A stretch of 18,390 nucleotides of DNA from Fidelibacterota bacterium (GCA_043822705.1 JBDRBK010000029.1:1-18390), one strand, 5' to 3'. Shown: positions 1 to 10,400, numbered from the stretch's first letter. Numbers and translations are program-made. Notes: generated by a model not told the origin, from the sequence alone.

Positions 1-1597
1 CGCCGGGCAGGTTCAGGATAAGTTCCAGGACATGCCGGCCTGAGATCAGCGGTGAGATGGTGACGGTGACATTCAGACTTTGGCCGACAGCCAGCCGGAA
101 TGTCTCGGAACCGTCCAAGTCCGCGCCCGCCTCGCGAATCAGCAGGTTCGCCGTGAAGGGCGTTTGGCCGGTGTTGGCAACCGTGGCTGTGACCGCCAGG
201 TCCTCGTCGGCTTCCGGGAATTGCGGCCGGTGCCGGACCGAGTCCTGAAGGATGCACCCATCCAGCGGCAGCGGCGTGACGCTGTTGACCGTGCCGGGCG
301 TCAGGCCGTCGGTATGGCGACAGACCTGCCAACTGGCCGGGTCGGTCGATGGCAACTCCGTCAGGATTTTTTCCTGGGAACGGCCAGACAGCAGATTCCA
401 GCGTTGATCATAGGTCAGCGAATCGATGACGGTATCGAACGGATCCAGCAGACGAATCTGATCGCCATCGTTGTTCAAAGTCGGAAATCCGCCGGCCGGA
501 ACCAGGTAAAGTGTGCCGGTTGCGATCCGGGGGAATAGTACCGAATCGACGGTGGCAACCAGATAACTGCCGGGCGCGGCGACCGCCGCCGCGAAGCGGT
601 AGGCCGCACCATAATTATTATCCGTAACGCGCCAGTTTTTCAGGTCAATCGCCGTATTGCCCAGGTGCACCAGTTCCACGAATTCCCGCTGATCGGCGGC
701 CGGGGCCGGCAGGAATTCATTGATGGTGATGAGCCCCGGATCATAGCGGACGGCAAGCTTAAAGCGACTGTCGTTATTGGTCGTATCCGCATCGGCCGAC
801 ACTACCAGTGTGATCCGGTAGTCGTGGTAACCGGAACCGACCGGTGCGAACAGCAGCTCGACCTCTGTTCGCTCCAGTTCCGACAGTTCCGGCACCGAAG
901 CAGTGGCGACCGGGAAGTCATTTTCGCTGATGATCACCGAGCCCGAAAACGTCTCGCGACCGTTGTTGGCAACCGGCACCGTCACCCAGACGGTTGCGCC
1001 GCTTTTAACGATGGTGTCGGAAATGTGCAGCGAATCCACCAGCAGGGTACCATCGCAGGCCAGCGGTCGAACGCTGTTGGGCGCTCCCGGTGTGCCCAGT
1101 GAATCGCGGCTGATGGTCCAGTTATCGGCCGTGTCGGGTCGGGACAAGCGGATTTTCTCCAGCGAATAGCCTGCCGGAGTTGCAGTTGCCCAGCTCATGG
1201 AAGCAACGGTATCGCCGGAACTGTCGATCAGGAACAGGGCGTCGGTCGTGTTTCCCAGGGCATTCCCGATCGTGGTCGTGCCGGTGTAAATTAGCGTGGT
1301 CCCAACCGGTACCTTGTCCCGGTACATTACACCGTCATAGTCGCCCTCGAAAATCACCCCATAACCGCCGGCAGGAATGATTGCGCTCCCCGTCAAGGTC
1401 GAATCATATAGCAGGTCCTGGGCCGCCAGATCGGCGATGATCCAGCCGGTCACGTTGACCGCCGCCGCGGACTGGTTGTAAAGCTCGATAAATTCATTAG
1501 GCGAGTCGGTACCGGCGGGATTGTACATCACCTCCGTGATTTGAATTTGCCCCGGCAGCGAACAGGCCAGCGTTAAAGCGAGTAGCACCTTTTTCAT
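1..1597 (-). CDS. Secreted lamin tail domain (LTD)-containing protein, at least two LTDs; partial, 3' end runs off the left edge
   Basis: Not in the ORF track, consistent with no in-window stop. Manual translation from ATG at 1597 gives MKKVLLALTLACSLPGQIQITEVMYNPAGTDSPNEFIELYNQS...VNVTGW...GTPGAPNS, i.e. a signal peptide plus the LTD signature (I-x-E-V-M-Y-N-P...E-F-I-E-L-Y-N...TPG-x-x-N). A second LTD (ITINEFLPAP...REFVELVH...IDLKNW...TPGTVNS) lies near 740-280. RBS-like GGAGG on the minus strand at ~1608-1612. Confidence 0.85.
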   Translation of the reverse strand, partial: MKKVLLALTLACSLPGQIQITEVMYNPAGTDSPNEFIELYNQSAAAVNVTGWIIADLAAQDLLYDSTLTGSAIIPAGGYGVIFEGDYDGVMYRDKVPVGTTLIYTGTTTIGNALGNTTDALFLIDSSGDTVASMSWATATPAGYSLEKIRLSRPDTADNWTISRDSLGTPGAPNSVRPLACDGTLLVDSLHISDTIVKSGATVWVTVPVANNGRETFSGSVIISENDFPVATASVPELSELERTEVELLFAPVGSGYHDYRITLVVSADADTTNNDSRFKLAVRYDPGLITINEFLPAPAADQREFVELVHLGNTAIDLKNWRVTDNNYGAAYRFAAAVAAPGSYLVATVDSVLFPRIATGTLYLVPAGGFPTLNNDGDQIRLLDPFDTVIDSLTYDQRWNLLSGRSQEKILTELPSTDPASWQVCRHTDGLTPGTVNSVTPLPLDGCILQDSVRHRPQFPEADEDLAVTATVANTGQTPFTANLLIREAGADLDGSETFRLAVGQSLNVTVTISPLISGRHVLELILNLPG

Positions 1598-1686
1598 TAT
1601 AGTCCACCCTCCTTGAATAGTGGAAAATATAGCTTTAGTTTACGTCACTAAAACCGCTGACGCAAATTTCTTTTCGGTGCCGCCGG

Positions 1687-2109
1687 TCAGAACGGCTGCA
1701 CGATAAAATCGATGATCCGCTGTTTCAGGCTATCCCGCGTTTGGCGATAGACCGGCAACTGGTGCAGGTCCGCCTCCCAGCCGCGGAAAGGATCGGCCGT
1801 GCTCCAGTGCTGGTACTTGACCGATCCGGGGAATAGCGGGCAGGCGGCGCGGGCGTCGTCACAGACGGTAATCACGATGTCGATAGCGGCGTCCAGATAT
1901 TTTTCCAGCGGATCGGAACGATGTCCGGATATGTCGATACCCAGCTCGGTCATGACGGCGATCGCCAGCGGATGCACCCGGCTGGGGTGGGTGCCGGCGC
2001 TGAAAACTTCGAACCGCTCGCCGGCCAGATACCGCAGCAATCCTTCGGCCATCTGCGAGCGGCAGGAATTGCCGGTGCACAGAAACAGTACTTTCAATCG
2101 TCGATTCAT
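1687..2109 (-). CDS. arsC: Arsenate reductase ArsC (thioredoxin-type, LMW-PTP fold)
   Basis: P-loop VLFLCTGNSCRSQMAEG, FSAG, ITVCDDARAACP (the two additional cysteines) and HWxxxDP; 140 aa. Confidence 0.88.
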   Translation of the reverse strand: MNRRLKVLFLCTGNSCRSQMAEGLLRYLAGERFEVFSAGTHPSRVHPLAIAVMTELGIDISGHRSDPLEKYLDAAIDIVITVCDDARAACPLFPGSVKYQHWSTADPFRGWEADLHQLPVYRQTRDSLKQRIIDFIVQPF

Positions 2110-2198
2110 GATGATTAAAATTCCGCTTTTCCACTAATAATGTCAACCATAGCTTAATATGTTATGTTAACGGCAATCGTTCTAAATTTTGACCATAA

Positions 2199-3020
2199 AT
2201 GACCAGCTCAGATGACAGCAAACTCGGTCCGCTTTTTGCGCAACCGCTGGAGCTCAGTACCGGCCTGACGATTGCGGATTTGAATCGTTATCTGCCGGCC
2301 CTACGCAAATTGGAGGATATGAAAGTCGCCGGCGACCCGGAAGAAGGCCTGTTCCTGGCCGATGGTTTATCCGGTCTGGCCGCCCTGCCGTCCGAATCGA
2401 TTGATCTGGTGCTTGCCGATCCGCCGCAGCATCCCTGGGCGGGACCGGAGGCGCCCGGTAAAGCGCTGACCCTCAGTGACTATTACAGCTGGAATCAAAG
2501 CTGGTTGAAAGCGAGTCAGCGAATATTGAAACCGACCGGCTCGATTTACCTGTTCAGCGGCTGGCGGTACTCGGGCATGTATCAGGCGTTATTGAGCGAA
2601 GTCTTCCAGATTCAGATGCGGATCACCTGGCGCCAGGCCAACGGCCGGAGCGCCGTGCCGCCGCGGGCCTGGCAGAATAATCTGGGTGATATCTGGTTCG
2701 CCACCAAATCCGCCAAGTACTATTTCCGTGACGACCTGCGGGACGTCACCGGTAGCGGTCCCGGCGATCCGCGTTCGAATCTCTGGTCCGATATCATGAC
2801 GGTCGTTCCCGATTCGACCTGGATTAAGGGCGAGAAACCAAGCGCGGTGTACCAGCGCGTGATCCGGGCCAGCAGCAGTAAATTGAACTGGGTGGTGGAT
2901 CCTTTTATGCGTTGTGGTGGCAGCGGCATCGCGGCCAAAAATTGTGGCCGGCGCTTCATCGGTTTCGAAGTCGACCGCGATCATCTGTTGCTGGCGATGA
3001 AACGGATCGACCGCAGTTGA
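2199..3020 (+). CDS. Beta-class N6/N4 DNA methyltransferase-like protein with degenerate motifs, no cognate restriction enzyme nearby
   Basis: Motif order of beta-class amino-MTases: SIDLVLADPPQ (motif IV, normally DPPY), RILKPTGSIY, EKP, VVDPFMRCGGSG (motif I, normally DPFxGxG), GRRFIGFE. Confidence 0.8.
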   Translation: MTSSDDSKLGPLFAQPLELSTGLTIADLNRYLPALRKLEDMKVAGDPEEGLFLADGLSGLAALPSESIDLVLADPPQHPWAGPEAPGKALTLSDYYSWNQSWLKASQRILKPTGSIYLFSGWRYSGMYQALLSEVFQIQMRITWRQANGRSAVPPRAWQNNLGDIWFATKSAKYYFRDDLRDVTGSGPGDPRSNLWSDIMTVVPDSTWIKGEKPSAVYQRVIRASSSKLNWVVDPFMRCGGSGIAAKNCGRRFIGFEVDRDHLLLAMKRIDRS

Positions 3021-3058
3021 ACCGGAGGTCGGGGAAAACTTTATTTAAAGAGGGAAGT

Positions 3059-3505
3059 ATGTCGTTATTCGACACGATTCAACAAGACATGTATGTCGCT
3101 ATGAAAGCCGGTGAAAAGGCCCGGGTGGCGACGCTGCGGGTGGCCCTGGCGGGCCTCAAGGATAAGCGCATCGCGGCCCGCGGCGATATCAGCGCCGCCG
3201 ATGAAATCAAGGTCCTGCAGACCCTGGTGCGGCAGCACCACGAATCACTGGAATCCTACCGAGCCGGCGGACGCCCCGATCTGGTGGCGTTGGAGGAAGC
3301 GGAGTTGGCCGTATTGACGGCTTATCTGCCGAGCATGCTTTCGGAGGCGGAAGTACGTTCCCTGGTTACGGATGCAATTGCCGAAACCGGCGCCGCCGGT
3401 ATGTCGGACCTGGGCAAGGTGATGCCGCTGGTAATGCAGCGGGCCGCCGGACGGGCGGACGGCAAACTGGCTCAGGCGCTGGTGCGGGAACTGCTGGCGG
3501 GCTGA
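3059..3505 (+). CDS. GatB/YqeY domain-containing protein
   Basis: MSLFDTIQQDMYVAMKAGEK...YRAGGRPDL...E..VL..YLP...A.GMSDLGKVM...GRADGK is typical of YqeY. Start taken at ATG 3059 after GAGGGA rather than the ORF-track start at 2912. Confidence 0.9.
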   Translation: MSLFDTIQQDMYVAMKAGEKARVATLRVALAGLKDKRIAARGDISAADEIKVLQTLVRQHHESLESYRAGGRPDLVALEEAELAVLTAYLPSMLSEAEVRSLVTDAIAETGAAGMSDLGKVMPLVMQRAAGRADGKLAQALVRELLAG

Positions 3506-4083
3506 TGATCCTGTTCCTGGACGGATTGGCGGTTTTTCTGGTGCTGGTGCTGGCGCTGGTCGGCTTTCAGCGCGGGTTTATCGAAGAACTGGGCCGCCTG
3601 ATCGGACTGGTTGCGGCAACGCTGGTGGCCTTGCGCTATTACCTGCCCTTTGGTCAAATGATCATCAATCGGTCCAGCCAGGATCCGCGCTTTACCCTGG
3701 TGTTAAGTTTCGGAATTCTGTTTATCGTCGTGCTGGTAACCGTACGGCTATTGACGCGGATGATCCGGATCATGCTGCTGGCCCGGCACACGCGGGTGGC
3801 TGACCGCAGCCTGGGCCTGATTTTTGGTGCCGGCAAGGGCGGCGTCATCCTGGCCTTGGCGGTCTGGCTGGTAGCGCTGGCCCCGGACAATTCCTGGACG
3901 CAGATTATTCGCAGTCAGTCCCGGTTATACCAGCCGCTGGCGAGCGGCCGGTTGGCCGTGATCCGGTTGTTCCGGCTGGATGACGCCCTGGAAAAAGGGC
4001 AGAATCTGATCAACCAGTGGCTGGCCGCCGAGGTGGTTGACCGCGATCAGCAGTTACTGAATACAACCGAGGAAATGGAATAG
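3505..4083 (+). CDS. CvpA family (colicin V production) membrane protein
   Basis: N-terminal LD...GFQRGFIEE, several hydrophobic helices and DRSLGLIFGAGKG. Overlaps the upstream stop (TGATG). Confidence 0.88.
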   Translation: MILFLDGLAVFLVLVLALVGFQRGFIEELGRLIGLVAATLVALRYYLPFGQMIINRSSQDPRFTLVLSFGILFIVVLVTVRLLTRMIRIMLLARHTRVADRSLGLIFGAGKGGVILALAVWLVALAPDNSWTQIIRSQSRLYQPLASGRLAVIRLFRLDDALEKGQNLINQWLAAEVVDRDQQLLNTTEEME

Positions 4084-5855
4084 TGGCTCGCATCGCCCCG
4101 GATGTAATCGATCGCGTCCGCGATACCGCCGACATCGTCGAAGTGGTGCAGCAGTATGTCAATCTGACCAAACGCGGCCGCAATTATTTTGGGCTGTGTC
4201 CGTTTCATCACGAAAAGACCGCTTCATTCAGCGTGGCGCCGGACAAGAATATCTACCACTGTTTCGGCTGCGGGGCCGGCGGGACGGCGATCAATTTCCT
4301 GATGGAATACGAAAAAATCAGCTTCGTGGAGGCAGTCCAGAAGCTCGGTGACCGCTACGGCATCAAGGTCGAAGCGGAGCAGGGCGACGGCTCGCGGGAA
4401 CTGTTCAGCCAGTTATACGAATTGCACGAGCTGGCCACGGAAGTCTATCATAAACTGCTGTTGTCGACCAGGGGTCAGGCAGCGCTGAAATATCTGCAGG
4501 AGCGCGGTCTGACCTCGGAACTGCTCCAGGAATTCCGGATTGGCTTTGCTCCCGACGCCTGGGATACGCTGATTACGGAAGCCGGAAAGCGGGAATTTTC
4601 GACCGAAGTGCTGGCGAAATCGGGCCTGTTTACTTTCTCGGAAAAAGGCCGTTTCGACCGCTTCCGGTCGCGGATCATGTTCCCGATCGCCAATGCGGCC
4701 GGCCGGGTGATTGCCTTTGGTGGCCGGATTTTTGGCGCCGAGGATCCGGCCAAATATCTGAATTCCCCGGAAACGCCGCTCTACCACAAGAGCGATGTGC
4801 TCTACGGCCTGCATAAAACACGTGAGGCGATCCGCGCCGCCGGCAGCCTGATCTTGGTCGAAGGCTACATGGATTTTCTGACGCTCTACCAGGCCGGGAT
4901 CACCAATCTGGCGGCGGTCTCGGGCACTGCCCTGACCGAACGCCACGCCGTTCAGATTCACAAGGTTGCCAGCAAGGTCTATCTGGCCTATGATGGCGAT
5001 CAGGCCGGTATTACCGCCACCTTGCGGGCCGGTTATGCCCTGTACCGCGGGAACGTGGAACCGCTGGTGATCCCGGTGCCGGCTGACAAGGATCCCGACG
5101 ACTGGGTCCGCGAAGCCGGGCCAGCAGCTTTTCGACAGGTGCAGGAACGAGCCAGCAGTCTGGTGGATTTCCAACTGGATGTCAAAAACGCCGATCAGCT
5201 GACCGGTGTCGAACTGTCCCAGTTTGTCGGTGAGCTGCTGGGCGAGGTGGGGGCGATCGAGGATGGCATTTTGCGCGGTGAAATTCTGCGGCAGATCAGT
5301 CAGCGTCTGAGAATCGAGGAAACGGATCTGTTGCAGGTGCTACAGAAACGTTTGCGGCGACGCGTGCCGGAGATCGATCCGGAGCCACCACCCGATCAGG
5401 CGCCGCTGGAATTCACCAGCCGGCTGCAGAAAGCCCAGGTTGAAATTGTCAAAATGCTGGCAACCGGACAGGCCGATGCCCGCCAGTTTGCCCAAGAACA
5501 TCTGGATCTGAAGATATTTACTGAACCATTGCTGAAAAAACTGGCCACGGAACTTTTAAAAACAGATTCGGCCAGCAGTCTGGCGGCAGTCGTTGATCAG
5601 TTTGAAAAAAAGAGTGAACGCGAAGCGGCGGCCCGAATCCTGTTTGCCGAATTTTCGCTGGAACTGACCGACCCGGTACCGTTAGTCCGGGAATGCCTGA
5701 TTACGATCCGCAAACACCCGATCCGGGAAAAAATAAAACAGTTGCGGTTGGCCCTGCGTGAGCGCGAAGCGTCCGGCCAGGATACGCTTAGCCTGGAGCG
5801 GGAAATCAATGGCTTGCAGCAGGATTTGCAGGCTTTGGCCGGAGCTTACGACTGA
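4083..5855 (+). CDS. dnaG: DNA primase
   Basis: Zinc finger CPFHHEKTASF...CFGC, DRFRSRIMFPI, FGGR, KYLNSPET, TOPRIM VEGYMD and YDGDQAG, KDPDD. GTG start overlaps the upstream TAG. Confidence 0.97.
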   Translation: MARIAPDVIDRVRDTADIVEVVQQYVNLTKRGRNYFGLCPFHHEKTASFSVAPDKNIYHCFGCGAGGTAINFLMEYEKISFVEAVQKLGDRYGIKVEAEQGDGSRELFSQLYELHELATEVYHKLLLSTRGQAALKYLQERGLTSELLQEFRIGFAPDAWDTLITEAGKREFSTEVLAKSGLFTFSEKGRFDRFRSRIMFPIANAAGRVIAFGGRIFGAEDPAKYLNSPETPLYHKSDVLYGLHKTREAIRAAGSLILVEGYMDFLTLYQAGITNLAAVSGTALTERHAVQIHKVASKVYLAYDGDQAGITATLRAGYALYRGNVEPLVIPVPADKDPDDWVREAGPAAFRQVQERASSLVDFQLDVKNADQLTGVELSQFVGELLGEVGAIEDGILRGEILRQISQRLRIEETDLLQVLQKRLRRRVPEIDPEPPPDQAPLEFTSRLQKAQVEIVKMLATGQADARQFAQEHLDLKIFTEPLLKKLATELLKTDSASSLAAVVDQFEKKSEREAAARILFAEFSLELTDPVPLVRECLITIRKHPIREKIKQLRLALREREASGQDTLSLEREINGLQQDLQALAGAYD

Positions 5856-6760
5856 TGAGAAATCTTTGCCTGCCAGGTTTGCTGCTGGGGTGCGCGCTGC
5901 TGCTGGCGCAACCGGCCGACAGCCTGATCGTAAAATATTTTCCCACGGAATTAACCCGTGGTATGATTCTGGATCAGGCCAGCGACTACCGCAAGGTCAA
6001 AAACGGACCACATTTCCGGGCCTACTATTCGCCCCAGGGGGATTTGATTCAGGTCGAATATGTCCCTGCACCGGGCGATCGCTCCGACCAGCCGCCGCCT
6101 GTAGCTAAAACCGGCCCGCGCCAGCATTTCAGCCAGTGGAATCCCTGGCAACGGAAGCTGATCGGTCCGTTAGCAGCCAACGAACTGTCCGGCCGGCGGC
6201 ATTACGCTGTGGAATTTGATAAGCAGGGACAAATCAGCAGGATCGAATTTGTCAATGGCGGCGGTAAACCGCAGTGGACCTACCATGTACGCTGGAATCA
6301 GGCGCATACGCGGTCGGTCTACCAGGTGGAATTTCATGTACACCAATCGTTGCTGGCGCTGGACCGCTTCCTGTTTGCCAGTGAGCTATGTGAAATGCGG
6401 CCGGGCTGGACGGCCCTGTTCGAGTTGCGCCGGGACGGGCGGCCGCAAAAAGTTGAGATTCAGGACGACCATGGACAATCAATGTATTTTTACCGTTTTA
6501 CTTATGGCAAGGATGGTCCCACGCGGATTATTTCCGCCGATTATTTCCGATCCAACCGCGTCTTGCTGGGCTGCCAGGAACTGTATTTCGCACCCGGCAG
6601 CAGCCGGCCCAACCGGATTGATTACCTGGCGGCCGACCGCCGGTTGAAGAAGTCGGTCACTTATGATTGGGACACCGAGCGCGCCGAGGTTACGGTGACG
6701 GAAACCGACGCTGGTGGGTCCCTGCTCGGACGGCGGGTCCTGAAAACGACCCTGAATTAG
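5855..6760 (+). CDS. Hypothetical secreted protein (signal peptide; aromatic/beta-hairpin-rich)
   Basis: 301-aa ORF coupled to dnaG by TGATG; N-terminal MRNLCLPGLLLGCALLLAQ signal-like segment; family not recognised. Confidence 0.7.
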   Translation: MRNLCLPGLLLGCALLLAQPADSLIVKYFPTELTRGMILDQASDYRKVKNGPHFRAYYSPQGDLIQVEYVPAPGDRSDQPPPVAKTGPRQHFSQWNPWQRKLIGPLAANELSGRRHYAVEFDKQGQISRIEFVNGGGKPQWTYHVRWNQAHTRSVYQVEFHVHQSLLALDRFLFASELCEMRPGWTALFELRRDGRPQKVEIQDDHGQSMYFYRFTYGKDGPTRIISADYFRSNRVLLGCQELYFAPGSSRPNRIDYLAADRRLKKSVTYDWDTERAEVTVTETDAGGSLLGRRVLKTTLN

Positions 6761-6775
6761 CGGGACCGGCCGGAA

Positions 6776-7390
6776 TTACAGGATACTTTTGATCTCGGCG
6801 ATAATCTTCGCCAGCCGCGCTTCGTCGGTAAATATATTGAAGTGATCGGTTTCCAGCGTCAGCACCGGCAGATCTTTAATCCCCTTGATCCAGCGGTCAT
6901 AGGAGATATTCAAGCGGTGCAGGTACTGCGGATCGATGGTTTTTTCATAATCACGGTTACGGCCTTTGATCCGCGTCAAAAGGGTGTCGGTGCCGGCCCG
7001 CAGGTAAACGATCAGGTCCGGTCGGCGCAGGTAGGCCGTCATCACGGCGAACAGGTGGCGGTAGTTATCCCAGTCGCGCTGGTCGATATGGCCCAGTTCG
7101 TGCAGGTTGTTGGCGAAGATTTCCACATCCTCGTAGATCGTCCGGTCCTGGATTACGCCGCCGGTCTCGGCGGCGATTTCCCGCTGGTGGCGGAAGCGGT
7201 GGTGCAGGAAATAGATCTGCAGATTGAAGGCCCAGCGTTGCATGTTGCCGTAAAAATCACTTAAGTAGGGATTATCCGCCACCGATTCGAAGAATGGCTT
7301 CCAGCCCATGCGTTCGGCCACGATTTTGGTGAAGGTCGTCTTGCCGACGCCGATATTTCCGGCGACGCCGACGAAAGGGGTTTTAAGCAT
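6776..7390 (-). CDS. Deoxynucleoside kinase (dNK family)
   Basis: P-loop VAGNIGVGKTT, ESVADNPYL..FY, LQIYFL..RF, DRTIYED, PDLIVYL, RIKGRNRDYE. ATG at 7390 preferred over TTG at 7393. Confidence 0.93.
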   Translation of the reverse strand: MLKTPFVGVAGNIGVGKTTFTKIVAERMGWKPFFESVADNPYLSDFYGNMQRWAFNLQIYFLHHRFRHQREIAAETGGVIQDRTIYEDVEIFANNLHELGHIDQRDWDNYRHLFAVMTAYLRRPDLIVYLRAGTDTLLTRIKGRNRDYEKTIDPQYLHRLNISYDRWIKGIKDLPVLTLETDHFNIFTDEARLAKIIAEIKSIL

Positions 7391-7421
7391 CAAATCTTCC
7401 TAATTGGGCTTAATCTGTGGT

Positions 7422-7470
7422 TAAAACATAAAAACAGAAAGGCTTCCCCTGAAAGCGGAAGCCTTCCTGT
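7422..7470 (-). terminator. Rho-independent terminator downstream of the TonB-dependent receptor gene
   Basis: Minus strand reads ACAGGAAGGCTTCC-GCTTTCAGG-GGAAGCCTTTCTGT followed by TTTTATGTTTT, ~20 nt after the receptor stop. Confidence 0.8.
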
Positions 7471-7489
7471 CTATTTATAAATCTGATTC

Positions 7490-10400
7490 TTAGAAATTAA
7501 ACCGGAAACCCACTAGTACCTGCCAGCGCGATTCGAAGTCCGAAGTGGACAGGACCGACTCCGGGTCATCGAATTGGAAGGTGGGAATACCGGCCGCCGT
7601 GCCGCCGGCGAAGCTCTTATACTTCAGCAATTGGTAGGTTCCAAACGGCATGTACTCTACCTGGCCCCATTCGTTATTGAGCAGGTTGGCGAAATTCAGG
7701 ATGTCCACGGTCAATTCGAAATTCCGCCCCACCGGACTAGCGATTTTCTGGGATATCCGCAGATCGATACGGTTATTCCAGGGTTCACGAGCGGCGTTGC
7801 GTTCGAAGATCTTACCTTTGTATTCGCTGAGGAATTCGTCGTTAGCGACGAATTCTTCCCAGGCGTCCCAGGCGTCGACATTGTTAACATCGACAATATT
7901 GACTTCAGTTTCGTCATCGTAGACGAAGATCAGGTCGTTATCCTTGCTGCCATCGCCGTTATAATCGTAACTGGAGGCGTAGATGTAGGAGTACGGAGAA
8001 CCAGACTTGCCTTCGTAGAATAACGAAACGGTAGTGGGTGCGCCTGGCAGCAGTTCGATCGCTTGATTCAAACTCAGAATCAGGCGGTGCGGAAGCTCAT
8101 ACAGCGAACTGGTCAGTCCCGGGTTGTTGGTGTTCAGGCCGATCGGGCTATAGCGCCAGTTGGATTTGGCCTGGCTGGAGGTCAGGCTGTTAATATCCTT
8201 GGACTGGGAGTAGGTGTAAGCCAGGCTGGCCCGGGTGGCCCCCAGGGCGGTTTTCCAGTTGCCGCTGAGGCTGCCGGTCAGGCTGTATTGATAGCCTTTA
8301 GCGGTATTGGTTACGTACATCACTTCCAGGAAATTGCTGCTTACACCATATTTGGCATAATGGTCGCGGCCGTCGGCCATCGTCAAATCCTTGACGGCGT
8401 TTAGTTGCTTGTAAGTCACCTCGCTCAGGTTTTTACTGTACAGGAACTCGATCCCGGCTTTCAGGTTGAAGGGCAGGTTGTGTTCGACGGCCAGGTTGGT
8501 GCGCAATACCCGCGGGAACATCAAGTCCACATCGACGACATCGATCTCGGACTTCTGGTAACCCAGGTCGGGATCAAGGTAGTGATCGTACTGGTCGTCG
8601 AGATCGGTCAGGATTGCATCGGCACCGCTGTCATAGATCGTTTTCAGTAACACGCCGCTCATGCTGAAGTTATTCGACAGCCAGACGAATTTAGGCGAGC
8701 CCGAGAAGATACCGATGCCACCCCTTAGTAGCGTCTCGTTTTTATCCAGGAGCCGATAGTTGAAACCGAGACGGGGTGAAAAATGCACGTTGCCACTGGG
8801 CATCTGATCGGTTTTGATGTCCTGGTCACCGAAGTACTTGGCCACCGAGTCGTTGGCCAGTGGCGTATCCGGGAAAACCGGAATATCGAACCGGACGCCG
8901 GCCGTCAGCCGCAGCTGGTCGTTTACATCCCAGATATCCTGGGCGTGGAAGCCGTAGATGTTGGCCTTCCATTCCGCCATCGGCTGGGGATCACCATCCA
9001 CGGCCGAGTAGGTCAACTCATAGGTGGCAATATTGCCCTGCTCAAGGTCAGCCACGCTGTCAAACCAGTAGGTCCCATTGTAATTGCGGAAGAACCCGTT
9101 GCTCATGAAGTAAAACTCATTGTGGGTACCGACGGAAAAGGCGTGGTCGCCGGTGTAATAGGACAAATTATTGGAAAGCTGGAAGATATTCTGGTCCAGC
9201 TTATTACCGAGCGAGTACTGCTCGGCGCCGCCATAAATCCGGGTATTACCAGCACCGTAGACGATGAATGTCGGTGATCCGGAATCCTCCGATTCCCGGA
9301 AATCGCGGATCGTGGTATAGCCCAGGGTGAAGGTGTTGGACAGGTTCTTGGACAGGCTGCTGTACAGGTGCAGCATGGTCGAGTTCTGCTTGTGATTGAA
9401 GATATAGCCGGCTTTGGAAAAGTAAAAATTATACGGGCTGCGGGCATTGATATCATCCTTGGCGCTAATGAAATTGTGGCGCAGCGACAGGCGGTGCCGG
9501 TCGTTGATATTGTAATCGATTTTCGCCAGGATTTTGGTACTGGGCGTTTCGGCATCGAATTGCTTACTGCCGCCGGTGGTGGCGCCATAGACATTGGTCA
9601 GGATGCTGTCGACCCGCTGGACTTCCGCGGCGGACCCGGCGAAGGCCTGGGCCGAACTAGTGTCCAGGCTGATCGTATTGGGCGTGATACTCTGGCTTAA
9701 TTCGGCACTCACGAAGTAGTGCAGTTTATCGGGGATGAGTGCTCCGCCCAGCCGCGCCCCATAGACCTTTTCCGAAAATTCGGGGTACTCATTAACCGTA
9801 CCATCGGCTTCTTCGAAAGCACCGATAAAAGCCTCATTGCGCATGGAGGTGTAGACCGATCCTTCGAGTTGGTTGGAGCCGCTGCGGGTGACAGCATTTA
9901 AGGCACCACCGGCAAAACCGCTGTGGCGCACGTCAAAGGGCGCGACCATGACCTGAATTTCTTCGATAGCGTCTAAGCTGACCGGCTGTGTTCCCGCCTG
10001 TCCGCCGGGGAGGCCATTGTCCGCCAACCCGAAGACATCATTCAGTACGGCGCCATCGATCTTGACCGTGTTATAATTGGGATGTTTACCGGCGATCTCG
10101 TTACCATTGACATTGGCCGCCAGCCGGGTCATGTCATAAATGCCACGATTGACATTTGGCATGGCGTCGATCTGAGCGGTCGAAATTGTGGCCGATTGGC
10201 CGGTGCTGGCGCTGCGGGCATCGGCGATTACATCGATACCGGCCATTTGCAACGCTTCTTCCACCAGTTGCAGGTTCAGCTGCAGGTTTTGTCCCAGGGA
10301 TAGCATGATATCTTCGACTACCTCCGGTTTATAACCGATGTAATTAACCGTCAGTGTGTAGGGACCACCGACGCGCAGGTTGGGAATATTAAAATTACCA

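Noticed and set aside
57..1380. Several plus-strand ORFs (57-248, 80-538, 665-1102, 903-1169, 1180-1380)
   Set aside because: Antisense shadows of the minus-strand LTD gene; no recognisable motifs.
2912..3058. N-terminal extension of the YqeY ORF in the track
   Set aside because: Overlaps the methyltransferase-like gene; family similarity and RBS point to ATG 3059.
4413..5174. 253-aa minus-strand ORF
   Set aside because: Antisense to dnaG, typical of GC-rich coding DNA.
7574..10303. Multiple plus-strand and alternative-frame ORFs
   Set aside because: All lie within the TonB-dependent receptor gene; shadows.
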